DNA of 64,000 bases from Eledone cirrhosa (lineage: Eukaryota): NCBI GenBank assembly GCA_964016885.1, contig OZ024740.1, forward strand, positions 117,304,001-117,368,000, written 5' to 3'. Under the pieces are notes generated by a model. It had not been told where the DNA came from, did not search any database, and was given only the letters and a program-made list of their open reading frames with translations. Below are positions 1-16,760 of the stretch, piece after piece. Both the position numbers and the translations under genes were made by a program. Within the stretch, counting starts at the first letter, position 1, and every line of letters starts with the position of its first letter.

Positions 1-38
1 CATATTTAATGTACATACATAACAGGTGCACACACACA

Positions 39-108
<70 letters not shown>

Positions 109-117
109 CATATATAT

Positions 118-164
<47 letters not shown>

Positions 165-274
165 CATACATACATACATATATATATACATACATACATA
201 CATACATATATATATACATACATACATATATATATATATATATGTATGTATGTATATATATATGTATGTACATA

Positions 275-312
<38 letters not shown>

Positions 313-336
313 TATACATATATATATATATATACA

Positions 337-644
337 CCTCATTCACCTCACTCGCGTCGCACGGTCTGTTGTCTCTCGCCCATGAAATCCACACAGCTTA
401 AGCTGATCGGACTCCATGTGCTTGCTTCTTCCTATCTTTGCGTTGCTATCCTTCCTTCTATGTTTGTTTACTTGTCTCGCTTTACGCGATTTACTTGTCC
501 CAATAGCTTTATTGCTCGTACCAACTGGAGGTATATGATTTTTAAAGCGATGAAAAAACCAATGAAGGTTGGAAAATCACTGATGAAGGAATATTTTTAT
601 CATATGTAACCCATGTGCAACCACGCAGTATATATTCTTCTCAT

Positions 645-648
<4 letters not shown>
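337..648 (+). mobile_element. TA-flanked family B element (permuted hammerhead-like motif at 516-590)
   Basis: Homologous to 4465-4756, 9368-9930 (-), 9945-10070 (-), 59356-60040 and 62596-63335. Confidence 0.8.
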
Positions 649-2160
<1,512 letters not shown>

Positions 2161-2200
2161 ATATATTAACAAATGGAAACTATATTTATAAAACCATATA

Positions 2201-2266
2201 TATTTCATTATACATATTTCAAGGGCCACCAAAGCAAACTATGGTGCGCTTTCATCAGATAAAATA
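2201..2266 (-). ncRNA. Type I hammerhead ribozyme motif (mirror copy in the left arm)
   Basis: Reverse complement of 2389-2454 with the core intact. Confidence 0.8.
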
Positions 2267-2388
2267 TAATATAGGTTAGTTTTATAAATAAATATTGACA
2301 TCCCCTTAAAAAATACAACTATTCTGGTTGGAATGGTTGCATTTTTTATGGGTATGTCAATATTTATTTATAAAACTAACCTATATTA

Positions 2389-2454
2389 TATTTTATCTGA
2401 TGAAAGCGCACCATAGTTTACTTTGGTGGCCCTTGAAATATGTATAATGAAATA
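2389..2454 (+). ncRNA. Type I hammerhead ribozyme motif
   Basis: UAUUUUAU-CUGAUGA-stem II (AAG..CACCA/UGGUG..CUU)-GAA-AUAUGUAU-A-AUGAAAUA. Stem I is 8 bp; predicted cut after AUA at 2446. Confidence 0.8.
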
Positions 2455-2614
2455 AATATGGTTTTATAAATATAGTTTCCATTTGTTAATATATTGTATA
2501 TTTACTCCAATAATTTGATGAGTGCTTTATTATCAGTTATACAAATATTTTGCTTGTTGTATCCCAACAAATTAAATATAACCTTTACATATATGTATAT
2601 GTATATACATATAC

Positions 2615-2671
<57 letters not shown>

Positions 2672-2674
<3 letters not shown>

Positions 2675-3278
2675 GGTGCTGCCAACTCGTTTATGAGTAC
2701 GGCCACTACTTTATCCATGTAGGAGAACCCCTACCGATGCGCTGAACGAGTGTGACTTTTTAGTCCAGCCAGCGACTTGAAAACTCTGGTACAAACACTA
2801 CTCCTGTGACAATTATTGACACATAGTGCTGGGCCCATGGTACCATGTGACGACAGGTGCAGAGAGATCTCCAGTTATAAAGCAATGCATGTGCTGTGAA
2901 GCTTTTATACTGAGCAAAGGCACTGCACAAAGCCAGTCCCACTCTCTTAACCAAGAAGATATTAACCAAAAAGAAGAACAAGTCAACATCATTGAATACC
3001 ATCAGGGTTGCAGGTGTTATATCAGAGTTTTCCTTCTCCTAGAATTCTGGCTTGACAAAGGCTAAGGGGTCATCTCTCCAGGTGATTTTGGATGGCCATT
3101 GACTCTTAAGAGCTCCTTTGCCCTTTGACAGGTTTTGTTTTTAGTCCTGCAGGATGTCCAAAGTCACCCTCCTCACCAAGAAACCTTGGTGGGGTTGCCA
3201 GTTTAGTCGCCAACGTCCCGACCATGGGACAGGTTTTACTGGGATACATGTTACCAGTAGCACCAACTGGTGACCTGA
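2672..3278 (-). mobile_element. Internally deleted RTE-like LINE derivative; second copy at 17307-17834
   Basis: Two similar copies, both TA-flanked. The 17 kb copy encodes CSVCTRGFKSLAGLKSHTRS on the minus strand, resembling the C-terminal zinc-finger-like tail of RTE ORFs. Confidence 0.6.
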
Positions 3279-3289
3279 CATATATGTAT

Positions 3290-3380
<91 letters not shown>

Positions 3381-3489
3381 CATATATATATATACATATA
3401 TATATATATGCATATATATACATATATATATATATACATATATATACATATATATATATATACATATATATACATATATATATATATAC

Positions 3490-3534
<45 letters not shown>

Positions 3535-3551
3535 CATATATATATACATAC

Positions 3552-3678
<127 letters not shown>

Positions 3679-3708
3679 CATATATATATATATACATACA
3701 TACATATA

Positions 3709-3740
<32 letters not shown>

Positions 3741-3773
3741 CATATATATATACATACATACATATATATATAT

Positions 3774-3820
<47 letters not shown>

Positions 3821-3879
3821 CGTACATATATATATATACATATACATATACATATATATATATATATATACATATATAC

Positions 3880-3954
<75 letters not shown>

Positions 3955-4011
3955 TACATATATATATATATACATATATATATACATATATACATAAATA
4001 TATATATATAC

Positions 4012-4047
<36 letters not shown>

Positions 4048-4066
4048 GTATGTATATATACATATG

Positions 4067-4110
<44 letters not shown>

Positions 4111-4111
4111 C

Positions 4112-4205
<94 letters not shown>

Positions 4206-4228
4206 ATACATATATATATATACATACC

Positions 4229-4460
4229 CGCCAGACAGTCCACACTGTAATGTGGCCGTGTAGGCAACACGCTAAAAACCTCCCAGCCCCACACTGTAAA
4301 TGTGGTTGGTGTTAGGAAGGGCATCCAGCTGTAGAAAACCCGCCAGACAGTCCTATGCGAGCAAGACAATCACTCTTGCCTCAAGTGGGAAAACCCCCGT
4401 TCAAACCCATGCAAGCGTGGAACACGGACGCTAAACGTTGATGATGATGATGATGATGAT
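4229..4460 (+). mobile_element. LINE/SINE 3' tail ending in (GAT)n
   Basis: ggttggtgttaggaagggcatccagctgtagaaa...cccatgcaagcgtggaacacggacg...gatgatgat. Near-identical copy at 40330-40555; partial copies at 41560-41676 and 18633-18705 (-). Confidence 0.75.
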
Positions 4461-4464
4461 ATGT

Positions 4465-4866
<402 letters not shown>

Positions 4867-5032
4867 TATATACATATATATATACATATATATATATACA
4901 TATATATATACATATATATATACATACATATATATATATATACATATATATATACATACATAGATATATATATACATACATATATATATATATACATATA
5001 TATATACATACATATATATATACATACATATA

Positions 5033-5076
<44 letters not shown>

Positions 5077-5132
5077 TATACATATATATATATATATATA
5101 CATATACCTATATATATACATATACCCATATA

Positions 5133-5166
<34 letters not shown>

Positions 5167-5201
5167 CATATATATATACATATTTATATATATATATATA
5201 C

Positions 5202-5232
<31 letters not shown>

Positions 5233-5305
5233 CATATTTATATATATATATATATATACATATATATATACATATATATATATACATATATATATACATA
5301 TATAT

Positions 5306-5370
<65 letters not shown>

Positions 5371-5405
5371 CATATATATACATATATATATATACATATA
5401 TATAC

Positions 5406-5444
<39 letters not shown>

Positions 5445-5659
5445 TTAATTTCAACAATGCCAGTATTCCGTGTGTCATAATTCTCGATTACCATTGATTC
5501 ATAGGTTTCAAACGACTCCGTCCACCTCAACGCCAAACTTAAATTAATATACATAATGCCAATGAGGGAGTGAGAGGGGAGAGTAAGAAACAGAGAGGCA
5601 AAGTGAACGCTGTGTTGGATACACTATGTATGTGTCAGTGTAGAGACATGTGTGTGTGT

Positions 5660-7971
5660 GATGTGTGTGGAAAGGAATGAAGAAAAACGAGCCGAACAGC
5701 GGCATCGGAACCCCGAACTGCAGAGGCGAAGACGTGTTGCCATGAATGAAGAGGAGCTGGCTTAACAACGCCATCGAAACACTGGAGCCAAGCAGCGACG
5801 GCGTGCTGTGATGGTTGAAGACGAACTGGCTGAGCATCATCTGCGGATGGACGGTATTCAACAGCAACGGCGTGCTGCGATGGATGAAGAGAGTCTGGCT
5901 GAACAGAAGTCCAGAGAATGTGTCGCCAAAGTGCTCTTCATTCCAGTAAAGAGGCTAGAAGGCGTACGGATGATATTAAAAATGGATCATGGCAACCGTG
6001 ACATTTTCAGATTGGTGGATGAGCAGAGTGTCCACATTATGGAGCATTGCTTTGGAGGCACGAAAAGACGTGGACCACAATGTGCTGTCATAAAGGAGCA
6101 GTTCAACTAGAACCCCTGCGAATGCCGGATGATGCGGAGTCACCGGAGTGTAAAATACTAAGTATGTGGGGTGATCAAGCAGATCGAGGTAGATTACTGC
6201 GCAAATATTCGCGGCAAATTAACAATTCATTAGCTTTAGCATCGCAGAGAGTTAGTGAGATGTTTGAGAGTGGAGCATGGCAACCGAATGTAGTCATTCA
6301 AGGCCGTTTGTATCATTGTATCGGTAATTTAGAAGTTACCCCAGGAGAGAGCCCTCGATTCGCTCAAATTTACGTTAACGATCCAGATTATAGTGAGTCG
6401 GAGGAGGATATCAGGATCGGATGGATGAAGTTGCCGGGAAATATTACTTAACTTGAACGGCAAAGGTTAAGTGATTTGATCCGTGATTCGCAATCATGGC
6501 TTAGACAGTGTAATCCATATGTTATGTATTTCATGTTGGTGGCTGAACTGCAAAATGTTCAGCAGCAAACATTGGTGATTAAGGCTGACGCAGTGCCAAG
6601 GAATCAACACGAACGGCGATATAATGTCCCTGAAGGATTTCGTGAAGTTGCTGTGTTGATGGACGATAAGCCTGGATCGGGAGATATCATCCTCAATCGC
6701 AGAGATGGTGGTCTCAAGACTATCAATGAGTCAAATAGGGCATACGATCCATTGCATTATGTTCTTTTATTCCCAAAAGGTGAAAATGGATGGAACTTGT
6801 CTGTTCATTTAGATGATCATGAGAATCAGCATCAACAGGGAGGCGGCAATAGACACAATAATTCGATTTGCGACTTTTACGCGTTCCATTTGAACGAGAG
6901 GAATCAACAGAGAAATGCGCTATTTCAAGCCAGCAGATTTTTCCAGGAATACTGTTGTATGGCATTCGCAAAGATCGAAAATCAAAGGCTACACACCAGC
7001 AACATACCAGAGCTGATTTGTATAATAATATACGGGATGCGATAACAGCCGATGATGCCAATTACAAGCAAATTGGTCGACGCATCATTTTGCCATCGTC
7101 GTTCCTCGGCGGCCCGAGATATATGAACATTCGCTATCAGGATGCAATGGCTCTTGTCAGAAAGGTTGGAAAGTCAGATTTGTTTATAACGGTTACATGC
7201 AATCCTGAATGGACTGATATTAAGGATGCACCTTTGCCAGGACAACAGCCAAAGGACCGTCCTGATATTGTGGCAAGAGTATTCAAAGGATATCTGAAAA
7301 AGATAATGGATGATGTGGAAAAAGAGGGAATCTTTGGAGCTATAGTTGCTTTTACATACGTAATTGAATTCCCAAAAAGAGGATTGCCACATGCACATTT
7401 GCTGATCATTTTACATAGAGATTGCAAATTGGGATGTGCTGAGAATGTCGACAGCGTTGTGTGTGCTGAACTGCCGGAGAATGAGGCACTACGCAACTTG
7501 GTGGCAAAGTCAATGGCGAACAACCAATGCGGAGTCGCAAATCTGAAAGCGCCTTGCATGAAAAATGGCCAATGCAGTAAGCACGTTCCGAAATCTTTTG
7601 TCACGAACACTTCCTGGAACGATAGGGATGCTCATCCCTCACAGAGAAGACGGTCGCCTGCAGATGGGGGTTTGGTCGAAAATGTAAACGGTCGACAGGT
7701 TAGAAATCAATGGGTTGTGCCATACAATCCATATTTGATTATGAAATATCGTTGTCATATTAATGTGGAAATGTGTAGCTCAGTGAAAGCTTGCAAATAT
7801 CTATTCAAATATGTTTACAAAGGTCATGATCTGGCAATGATCAATGTCAGGAATGAGGGGGTGAACCAAGGAGATGAAGTTGGCAGGTTCCAGGATGTTC
7901 GCGCGATTGGATCTAGCGAAGCTTGCTGGGGATTGTTCGATTTTGATCTCAATGAACGCAAGTATTGGTAG
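5660..7971 (+). pseudogene. Decayed Helitron Rep/helicase gene: N-terminal region plus HUH Rep domain; helicase missing
   Basis: ORF pieces 6047-6451 (CCHKGAV, IQGRLYHCIG, PRFAQIYV), 6476-7045 (NPYV, RRYNVP, YDPLHYVLLFPKGENGW) and 6868-7971 with Rep motifs DLFITVTCNPEW, VIEFPKRGLPHAHLLI (HUH) and KYLFKYVYKG (Y2). Broken by stops and frameshifts; start boundary approximate. Confidence 0.93.
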
Positions 7972-8362
7972 AAATTGCCTTCAAATGTATCCCTTCTGAT
8001 TGCGGTGGTAAAAAAGGCTGGATCCTATGGCCGGCAAGGGCTAGAGTAATATTGAAAAACGATTCTATTTTCGAAGTAGAGGATCCGCCATTTGGAGTTC
8101 AAATCAGGCCACCTTTCCGAGTTGAACTCTGGGCAACATTGACTATCTATTACTCAGTGGCTAAGAGCCTGGAAATTACTGAATAAATTTTTGTGTCATA
8201 TAATTTGTTGTTCTATTATTATAATTGCTGGCCTTGTGCCTAAAGTAGAAACACTTATAGATAAGCATGTTATCCATATCCATATTAATTTGGCATTTGT
8301 ATAAACCATTTCAAGTAAATAGGGACCTTTTTTACATTGACGGACATCTTTTATATTAATTA

Positions 8363-8719
8363 TCTATATCTATATCTACATATAATATAAAAGATTGGAA
8401 CTTCCACCAGCCTTTTGAGAAACGTGGAACAAACACGTCTATGCAATGATACATGTTTTACAGTCAGGTAGAAGATCAACCATCTCCTAGAGGTCACTAT
8501 TCTAGGCGGCGGCACCTACAATTGTTCATATACTATGCACAAACGGTACAACGAAGAATCTGGTATAACTGGAAGATTGTTTTTACTGATTTTTGTATCA
8601 CAGACACCACGGACTCGCCTCATACTGTAACCAGACAAACATCCAATACAGTCATTTTCTCTTTTAACTGTCTTCTCTTATCATCTGTTTACCCGGGCGA
8701 AGCTGGGTACCTCAGCTAG
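8363..8719 (+). mobile_element. Non-autonomous mini-Helitron, or the 3' end of the adjacent Helitron
   Basis: 5' A|TCTATATCTATATC. 3' hairpin ACCCGG-gcgaag-CTGGGT (8691-8708) followed by CTAG|T at 8716-8720. These are canonical Helitron termini in an A|T target. Confidence 0.75.
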
Positions 8720-8803
<84 letters not shown>

Positions 8804-9025
8804 CATACATACATAATATTTATTATTAATAGGAACTGTTTACTTCGAAGTTTAAAAACTGTAAGATAAACTTTTTTCTCTATATAATAGAACCTTATTC
8901 TAGGTAATGGGCTGCTGTAGTAAACACAGTGTTAAAGGAGGAAGGAGAAGCTTGCTGTGTGTTAGGCAAAGAGGATTTCAGTTCCCTTCAATGCATGTCT
9001 ACTGTGTTTATTACACCAACCTATA

Positions 9026-9094
<69 letters not shown>

Positions 9095-9263
9095 TGTTAT
9101 ACTTGGGGAGGGTCATATTGTTGTAGTATTGCCAGAAATAATAACAGAACACACTCACTGTTTGGCTGGTTTTCGCTTCTGTATCTTTTATTTTGGCAAT
9201 CAATGTTTATCATTGATTGACCAGCGGTTAAAAATACAGATATAATTATATATATATATAGTC

Positions 9264-9307
9264 TATCAAAGTTCTTTCGTTGCACATCTTCAACATCATC
9301 AGTGGTA
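9264..9307 (-). ncRNA. Minimal, partly degenerate type I hammerhead motif
   Basis: UACCA-CUGAUGA-U-GUUG-aagaugug-CAAC-GAA-AGAACU-U-UGAUA; one mismatch in stem I. Confidence 0.55.
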
Positions 9308-9367
9308 CTATTATGTTTCCTCCTATTGTATTGTATGTCTACGCCAAAACTATATATATATATATGT

Positions 9368-10069
9368 ATGAAAAAAGTTTGTCCTTCATCAGTGATCTTC
9401 CAACCATCGTAGGCATTTCATCGCTTTAAAGACCATATACCTCCGGTTGGTGCGAACAACGGCTAAAAAAAGTCGTTGGGACACGTAAATAAAGGGGACG
9501 CGAGGGTAAACAAACAAAATTGTTAAGCAACAGAAAGTGAGGAAGGAAAAGACAAGTCCCAGATTTCTATGAATTTAAGTTCGGTGAAATCGTGAACGAG
9601 AGAATAAAGACCATCAAACCTGGTTGAAATGTGAGCAAGGAAGGAATTTCGCACAGGTCTAACGGGAGGAAGAAGGGGTCTAGTCTGCGAATTCGGTAAA
9701 CATAAGTTCTGTGAAATCGCAGACGAGAGAAAAAAAATTCATACCAGCTTGGCCAGCGTGCGGGAGAAAAAGAATTACACACAGGTCAAACGGGAAGAAA
9801 GGGGAGGAGAGGTAGTGACAGAGAAAGAGTGAGTGAAGGGTGAGGAAGAGGCTAACAGAGAGAGAGACTGCTAGAAAGGGTAAAGATACATAGAACGAAA
9901 GAGAGGTGTAGCAGCAGAGGAAAAATTATATGTGTATATATGAAAATAATGGAGCTGCGGCGTTACAAATGGATTACATATGAAAAAAGTTTGTCCTTCA
10001 TCAGTGATCTTCCAACCATCATCGCTTTAAAGACCATATACCTCCGGTTGGTGCGAACAACGGCTAAAA

Positions 10070-10070
<1 letters not shown>
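9368..10070 (-). mobile_element. Family B: one long copy plus a tandem partial copy
   Basis: gtccttcatcagtgatcttccaaccatc occurs at 9381 and 9993; both continue into aaagaccatatacctccggttggtgcgaacaac. Confidence 0.8.
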
Positions 10071-10130
<60 letters not shown>

Positions 10131-10188
10131 TATAAATCTACAGATATCTGTCTATTTGTGAGTGATACAACCTTACAGTAACTTCTGG

Positions 10189-10232
<44 letters not shown>

Positions 10233-10314
10233 TAATACATATATATATATATACACATAAATACACACACATACATATCTATATACACACATATATATAC
10301 ATAAATACACACAT

Positions 10315-10359
<45 letters not shown>

Positions 10360-10414
10360 CACACATATATATATATATATATATATATGAATGTAAATAT
10401 ATATATACTCATGC

Positions 10415-10516
<102 letters not shown>

Positions 10517-10607
10517 ATATTTACCTGTGATATTAAGTTAGAAATAACCTGGGCAAACTGTCCTGCTCACACATATCGATATATAGATATATACATATAC
10601 ATTTGTA

Positions 10608-10647
<40 letters not shown>

Positions 10648-11393
10648 CAAATGTACATGTATATATCTATATATCGATATGTGTGAGCATATATACATGC
10701 ATATATGTATATTTATATATATATACATATGTATGTGTATATGTATATAAATCAGTTGATAGTCCAACTGTATAAGGCAGACAAACATTCTAAGCTCTAG
10801 GTGTGATTTTATTATCCACACTAAGATTGGCAAAAGCCATTTCAGAGTTAAATCCTATTTTTAAGTTTCCAATCATAATAGTTTTACAACAATCACTGAG
10901 CATATATAAAATGAATATGTAAATAAGCAAGGTTAAATACATTACTTAATTTTGTCATTCTGAGTTCAAATCCCGCCGCCGAGGTTAACTTTGCCTTTCA
11001 TCCTTACGGGGTCGATAAAATAAAGTACCAGTAATGTACTGGATAATTGCTGGCCTCATTCCAAAAAGTAGAAACAATTATTTAATTGATTTATCAGCGT
11101 AGTGGAGTCATTCAACATGCAGTTGGTAAAAGAATATCTTTATATTATCTAATGATTCTGACGAATTCAATGACAGCCCTTCTGTATTTGAATGAAAGGT
11201 GTGTAAAACAATTAATGTTTTAAACATTGATTATTTATTTATTAATTTCATACACATACATGTATATAAATAGATACACACTATATTAGATACATGTATA
11301 TAAATAGATACACACTATATTATATACATGTATATAAATAGATACACACACATATATATATATGTAAACACATACATATATATGTACATGTAA

Positions 11394-11438
<45 letters not shown>

Positions 11439-11875
11439 CATATATTCATATATATACACATACGTATATATATATACATTTATATATATATTTATATATA
11501 TATGCATATATTCATATATATATGCATATATAAATATCTATGTATATATCTATATAGATAGATAGAAAGAGAGACAGAGAGAGACAAAGAGAAATGGGGT
11601 GTGGTGGAGAGAGGGGGAGATGATGGAGGGAGAGTGAAAGTTAGAGAGAGAGTGGGTTGGAACAGATGGAGAGAAAGGTGGAGAGATAGAGGAGGTGTGA
11701 ATGGAGGGTGGAGAGGGAGAGAGAGGGGGAGAGAACATTTCAGATGGTTTGGTGGATCCGGAATAACTACATTCTAATTAACATTAACTAAATGTGGCAG
11801 AAACAACTTGCAGGTGATGGATTTAGTCATAAATACCTGACTGACGAACACACACCCACACCCACACCCACACAC

Positions 11876-11918
<43 letters not shown>

Positions 11919-12129
11919 TATACATCTGCATAAACAAACATTCTCGCGTTCATATATATTTGACAATTGCTCGAGACTTCAGAGACGTATATAGAGTATA
12001 TACGTATGTATTTGTCTATGTATGTATGTATGTATGTTTGTGTATGAATATACCCTATGTATATAAAGTTGTATATATACATACATACATTATAGTATGC
12101 ATTCACACACATACATATTTGTATGTATG

Positions 12130-12179
<50 letters not shown>

Positions 12180-12233
12180 TTTACATTTCGGTCGAGGGGA
12201 TGAGGCCATGCTGGGGCATATATATATATATAA

Positions 12234-12264
<31 letters not shown>

Positions 12265-12288
12265 TACATATATAATATATATGTATAT

Positions 12289-12319
<31 letters not shown>

Positions 12320-12427
12320 ATATATATGTAAATATATACACACACACACATATATATATATATATATTCCTCATGGTTCAACTATTGAACCCGGTTCAGG
12401 GTTTGTACACATGAATTTGAGTTGAAC

Positions 12428-12482
<55 letters not shown>

Positions 12483-12599
12483 GTGTGTGTGTGTATATAT
12501 ATATGTGTATATATATATGTGTGTGTGTGTATATATATGTGAATATATATATATGTGCTCACAAGTGTTTTTTAAGCTTCATATCATGTCTCCCTATTT

Positions 12600-12671
12600 T
12601 ATTTTATCTGATGAGAACGCAGATATCATCCCATGATGATATTTGTTTTTGAAATTGCGCCTAATAAAATA
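12600..12671 (+). ncRNA. Type I hammerhead motif with damaged stem III, in TA-flanked element about 12557-12705
   Basis: UAUUUUAU-CUGAUGA-long stem II (GCAGAUAUCAUC/GAUGAUAUUUGU)-GAAAUUGCGCCUA-AUAAAAUA. Paralogous to 21164-21234. Confidence 0.7.
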
Positions 12672-13280
12672 CTTGGAACTCTTTTAACCATCTTTTGATC
12701 TTATATTATATGTATATATATATTCGATTTATTACGTGTTTCAGCCGTTGGGCTAAGGCCATGCTGGGGCACCACCATTTATGCTGCAAGTTGTTTAGCC
12801 TGCCTTCCCTATAATTATATATATGCAGATATATGTAAATTCACACAAACACAAACATATATAAATTATACGTATGCCCATACCTGTAATTATGTATAGA
12901 AACATAAATACATATATATATGTTTGTATATATATTATGTTTGTACATATATGTTTGTGTATCTTTATATAAACTATTTGAATATATATATGTAAGCAAT
13001 ATGAGGCTTTAGGTTATTTTAGTAACATTGATAAGTTTATAGTTAATGTTTTGTTGTAATTATACATGCGCGCGCACACACATACACACATAATTATATA
13101 CGTCATATATATAACTCTATCTTTCTCTCTCTATCTCAGTCTCGCTCTCTAGATCCGAACTAGCTGTGGAAACGACATATATATACATACATATACATAT
13201 ATATATACATATATATATATACATACATACATATACATATTTATATACATACATATACATATATATATACATACATATAC

Positions 13281-13312
<32 letters not shown>

Positions 13313-13446
13313 ATATATATATATACATACATATACATATATATATATACATATATATATACATATATATACATATATATATACATACATATACATATAT
13401 ATATATACATACATATACATATATATATACATATATATATATATAC

Positions 13447-13483
<37 letters not shown>

Positions 13484-13664
13484 TATATACATATATATAT
13501 ATACATATATATATATACATACATATATATACATATATATATATACATACATATACATATATACATATACATATATTGTTATACTTGGGGAGGGTCATAT
13601 TTGCGTAATATTGCCAGAATTAATAACAGAACACACTCACTGTTTGGTTGGTATATATACATAC

Positions 13665-13735
<71 letters not shown>

Positions 13736-13760
13736 TACATATATATATATACACATATAC

Positions 13761-13819
<59 letters not shown>

Positions 13820-13828
13820 TATATATAC

Positions 13829-13859
<31 letters not shown>

Positions 13860-13888
13860 CATATATATATACATATACATATATATAC

Positions 13889-13920
<32 letters not shown>

Positions 13921-13944
13921 ACATATATATATATACATATATAT

Positions 13945-13991
<47 letters not shown>

Positions 13992-14018
13992 TATACATAT
14001 ATATATATACATATATAT

Positions 14019-14063
<45 letters not shown>

Positions 14064-14138
14064 TATATACATATATACATATATATACATATACATATAT
14101 ACACATATATATATACACATATATATATACATATATAC

Positions 14139-14169
<31 letters not shown>

Positions 14170-14285
14170 CACATATATATATACATATATATATATACAT
14201 ATACATATATACACATATATATATATACATATATACACATATATATATACATATACATATATATATATATACACATATATATATG

Positions 14286-14318
<33 letters not shown>

Positions 14319-14351
14319 GTATATATATACATATATGTATATATATATATG

Positions 14352-14382
<31 letters not shown>

Positions 14383-14403
14383 GTATAAATATATATGTAT
14401 ATA

Positions 14404-14446
<43 letters not shown>

Positions 14447-14479
14447 GTATATATATATATGTATATATATATATGTATG

Positions 14480-14590
<111 letters not shown>

Positions 14591-14613
14591 GTGTATATAT
14601 GTATATATATGTA

Positions 14614-14660
<47 letters not shown>

Positions 14661-14812
14661 ATATATATATATATATATGTATGTATGCATGTATATATAT
14701 GTATGTATGTATGTATGTATATATATAAAATGTAAACAGAAATAACAACACAATCGGTACAGTATATGGAAGGTATATATTAGGTTAACTCTTGATATAG
14801 GAGGAAGAGGGT

Positions 14813-14846
14813 CTTAACGTTTCGGACGCTAGTCCTTCATCAGAAG
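14813..14846 (-). ncRNA. Minimal Penelope-type hammerhead motif
   Basis: CUU-CUGAUGA-A-GGAC-uagc-GUCC-GAA-ACGU-U-AAG. Stem III is the palindrome ACGU, as in dimer-cleaving PLE hammerheads. Confidence 0.75.
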
Positions 14847-16004
14847 TAAGAATGAGAAATAAAATAGATTGAGGGGACGGGCGGAATGGAATTGGAAATA
14901 AATGTCTTTAGATAAAAATAACAGGTCCATTCATGTGCGTACCGTTTTTTACAATATGTGTGAGTGTGTATATAAACTGTATATATTCACATGAATTGTA
15001 CAATATATTAGTAAATATATAAGCAATGGTAGGCTTACATATTCAAGATGGATAAATTAGTCGTTCGATTCCCTCATTGGACAGTAACGATGTTCGCTAT
15101 CTCCTTGAAAAAGTTCATCCAATCATATCGACATTAGTGTTTATAGATTTTTAATACAAAATAAAAACTTGGATCTTAAATCCCGTTGGGGGCGTATGTT
15201 GGGGGCATATATTTTGAACAGTTGGAGACAAACACTCCAAATATTCTATGGTTTGAACACCCCAAATTTTTTCCTGAGTAACAGAGAACGAGAGAAAGAA
15301 ACATAGACTATTGGACTGGTATTATAGCGACAACTTTAACTCGGTGGGATTTGAATTTAGAGCGAAAAGAGAGAACTGCAAAGCATTGTATCGATTCGCC
15401 GCCTTTTATAGATAGCTACGCAAATATATATAGATTGGTTTATGGGTGAACATAAGTTTGATTTAGTAGTGATCGGCAAATGTTTCGTATAAATATCAGG
15501 TTATTGGCATACCTCAGCACAAATACACACATAGAGATACATATCTGACATACAGACACATATCTGACACACACACATATTCCAGTAAATGTGGCAAAAT
15601 ACACAGTTGTGTATTTGTATATTCATAGGTATATGCACAACAACAAACAAGCAGGCAATATAAAATGTATTAGTCAATATATATACAATGTAGATATATG
15701 AATCTATCTATATATATATGTATATCTGTATATCTATCTATCTAACTATCTATATATATATATATATATACAATTACATTACGTTATACATAAACATACA
15801 TCACGTTATACATACACATAATATAAATACACACACACACACAAACATATATATATATGTGTGTATACATTTATAAAGACAAATATGCATTCTTATATAT
15901 ATAGAAAAAGATACATATATATAATACATATACATATAGATAAATTACATAATACAAATACACGTGTATATAAATATGCAAGATGTATACACAAAAAAAA
16001 TATG

Positions 16005-16066
<62 letters not shown>

Positions 16067-16170
16067 CATGCATCATTACACATATATATTCATACACGCA
16101 CAAATATATAATCACACACATTCAATGTTTAAACATATATATACATGCATCTCTCTCTCTCTCTCTCTCT

Positions 16171-16249
<79 letters not shown>

Positions 16250-16609
16250 TATGCATATATATATATATATATGCATACATACACACACATCTGAAATATA
16301 TATATATATGCATACACACACATATTTACCAAAAAGTAGAACAAGCCAACATCAGTGATACAATTGGATATCATTGGATACCATTGGATACCCATGGTCG
16401 GGTCGTTGGCGACATATATATATATACATATATATATACATACATATATATATATACATACGTATATATATATACATACATATTTACATATATACATAGA
16501 TATATATAAGTTTACATATATATATACATATACTTATAGATGCATACATACAATTATATATATATATATATATATATATACATACATATGTAAATATATG
16601 CTCCCGTAC

Positions 16610-16685
<76 letters not shown>

Positions 16686-16760
16686 CATATATCTACATAT
16701 ATATATATACACACATATATATATACTTATGCAGATACATATAATCATGTATATATATAC

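Larger units (their letters stand above)
2161..2494. repeat. Near-perfect palindrome (arms about 165 bp) at the end of a TA array, with one HHR per arm
   Basis: 2161-2324 is the reverse complement of about 2331-2494, with few mismatches. Confidence 0.95.
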
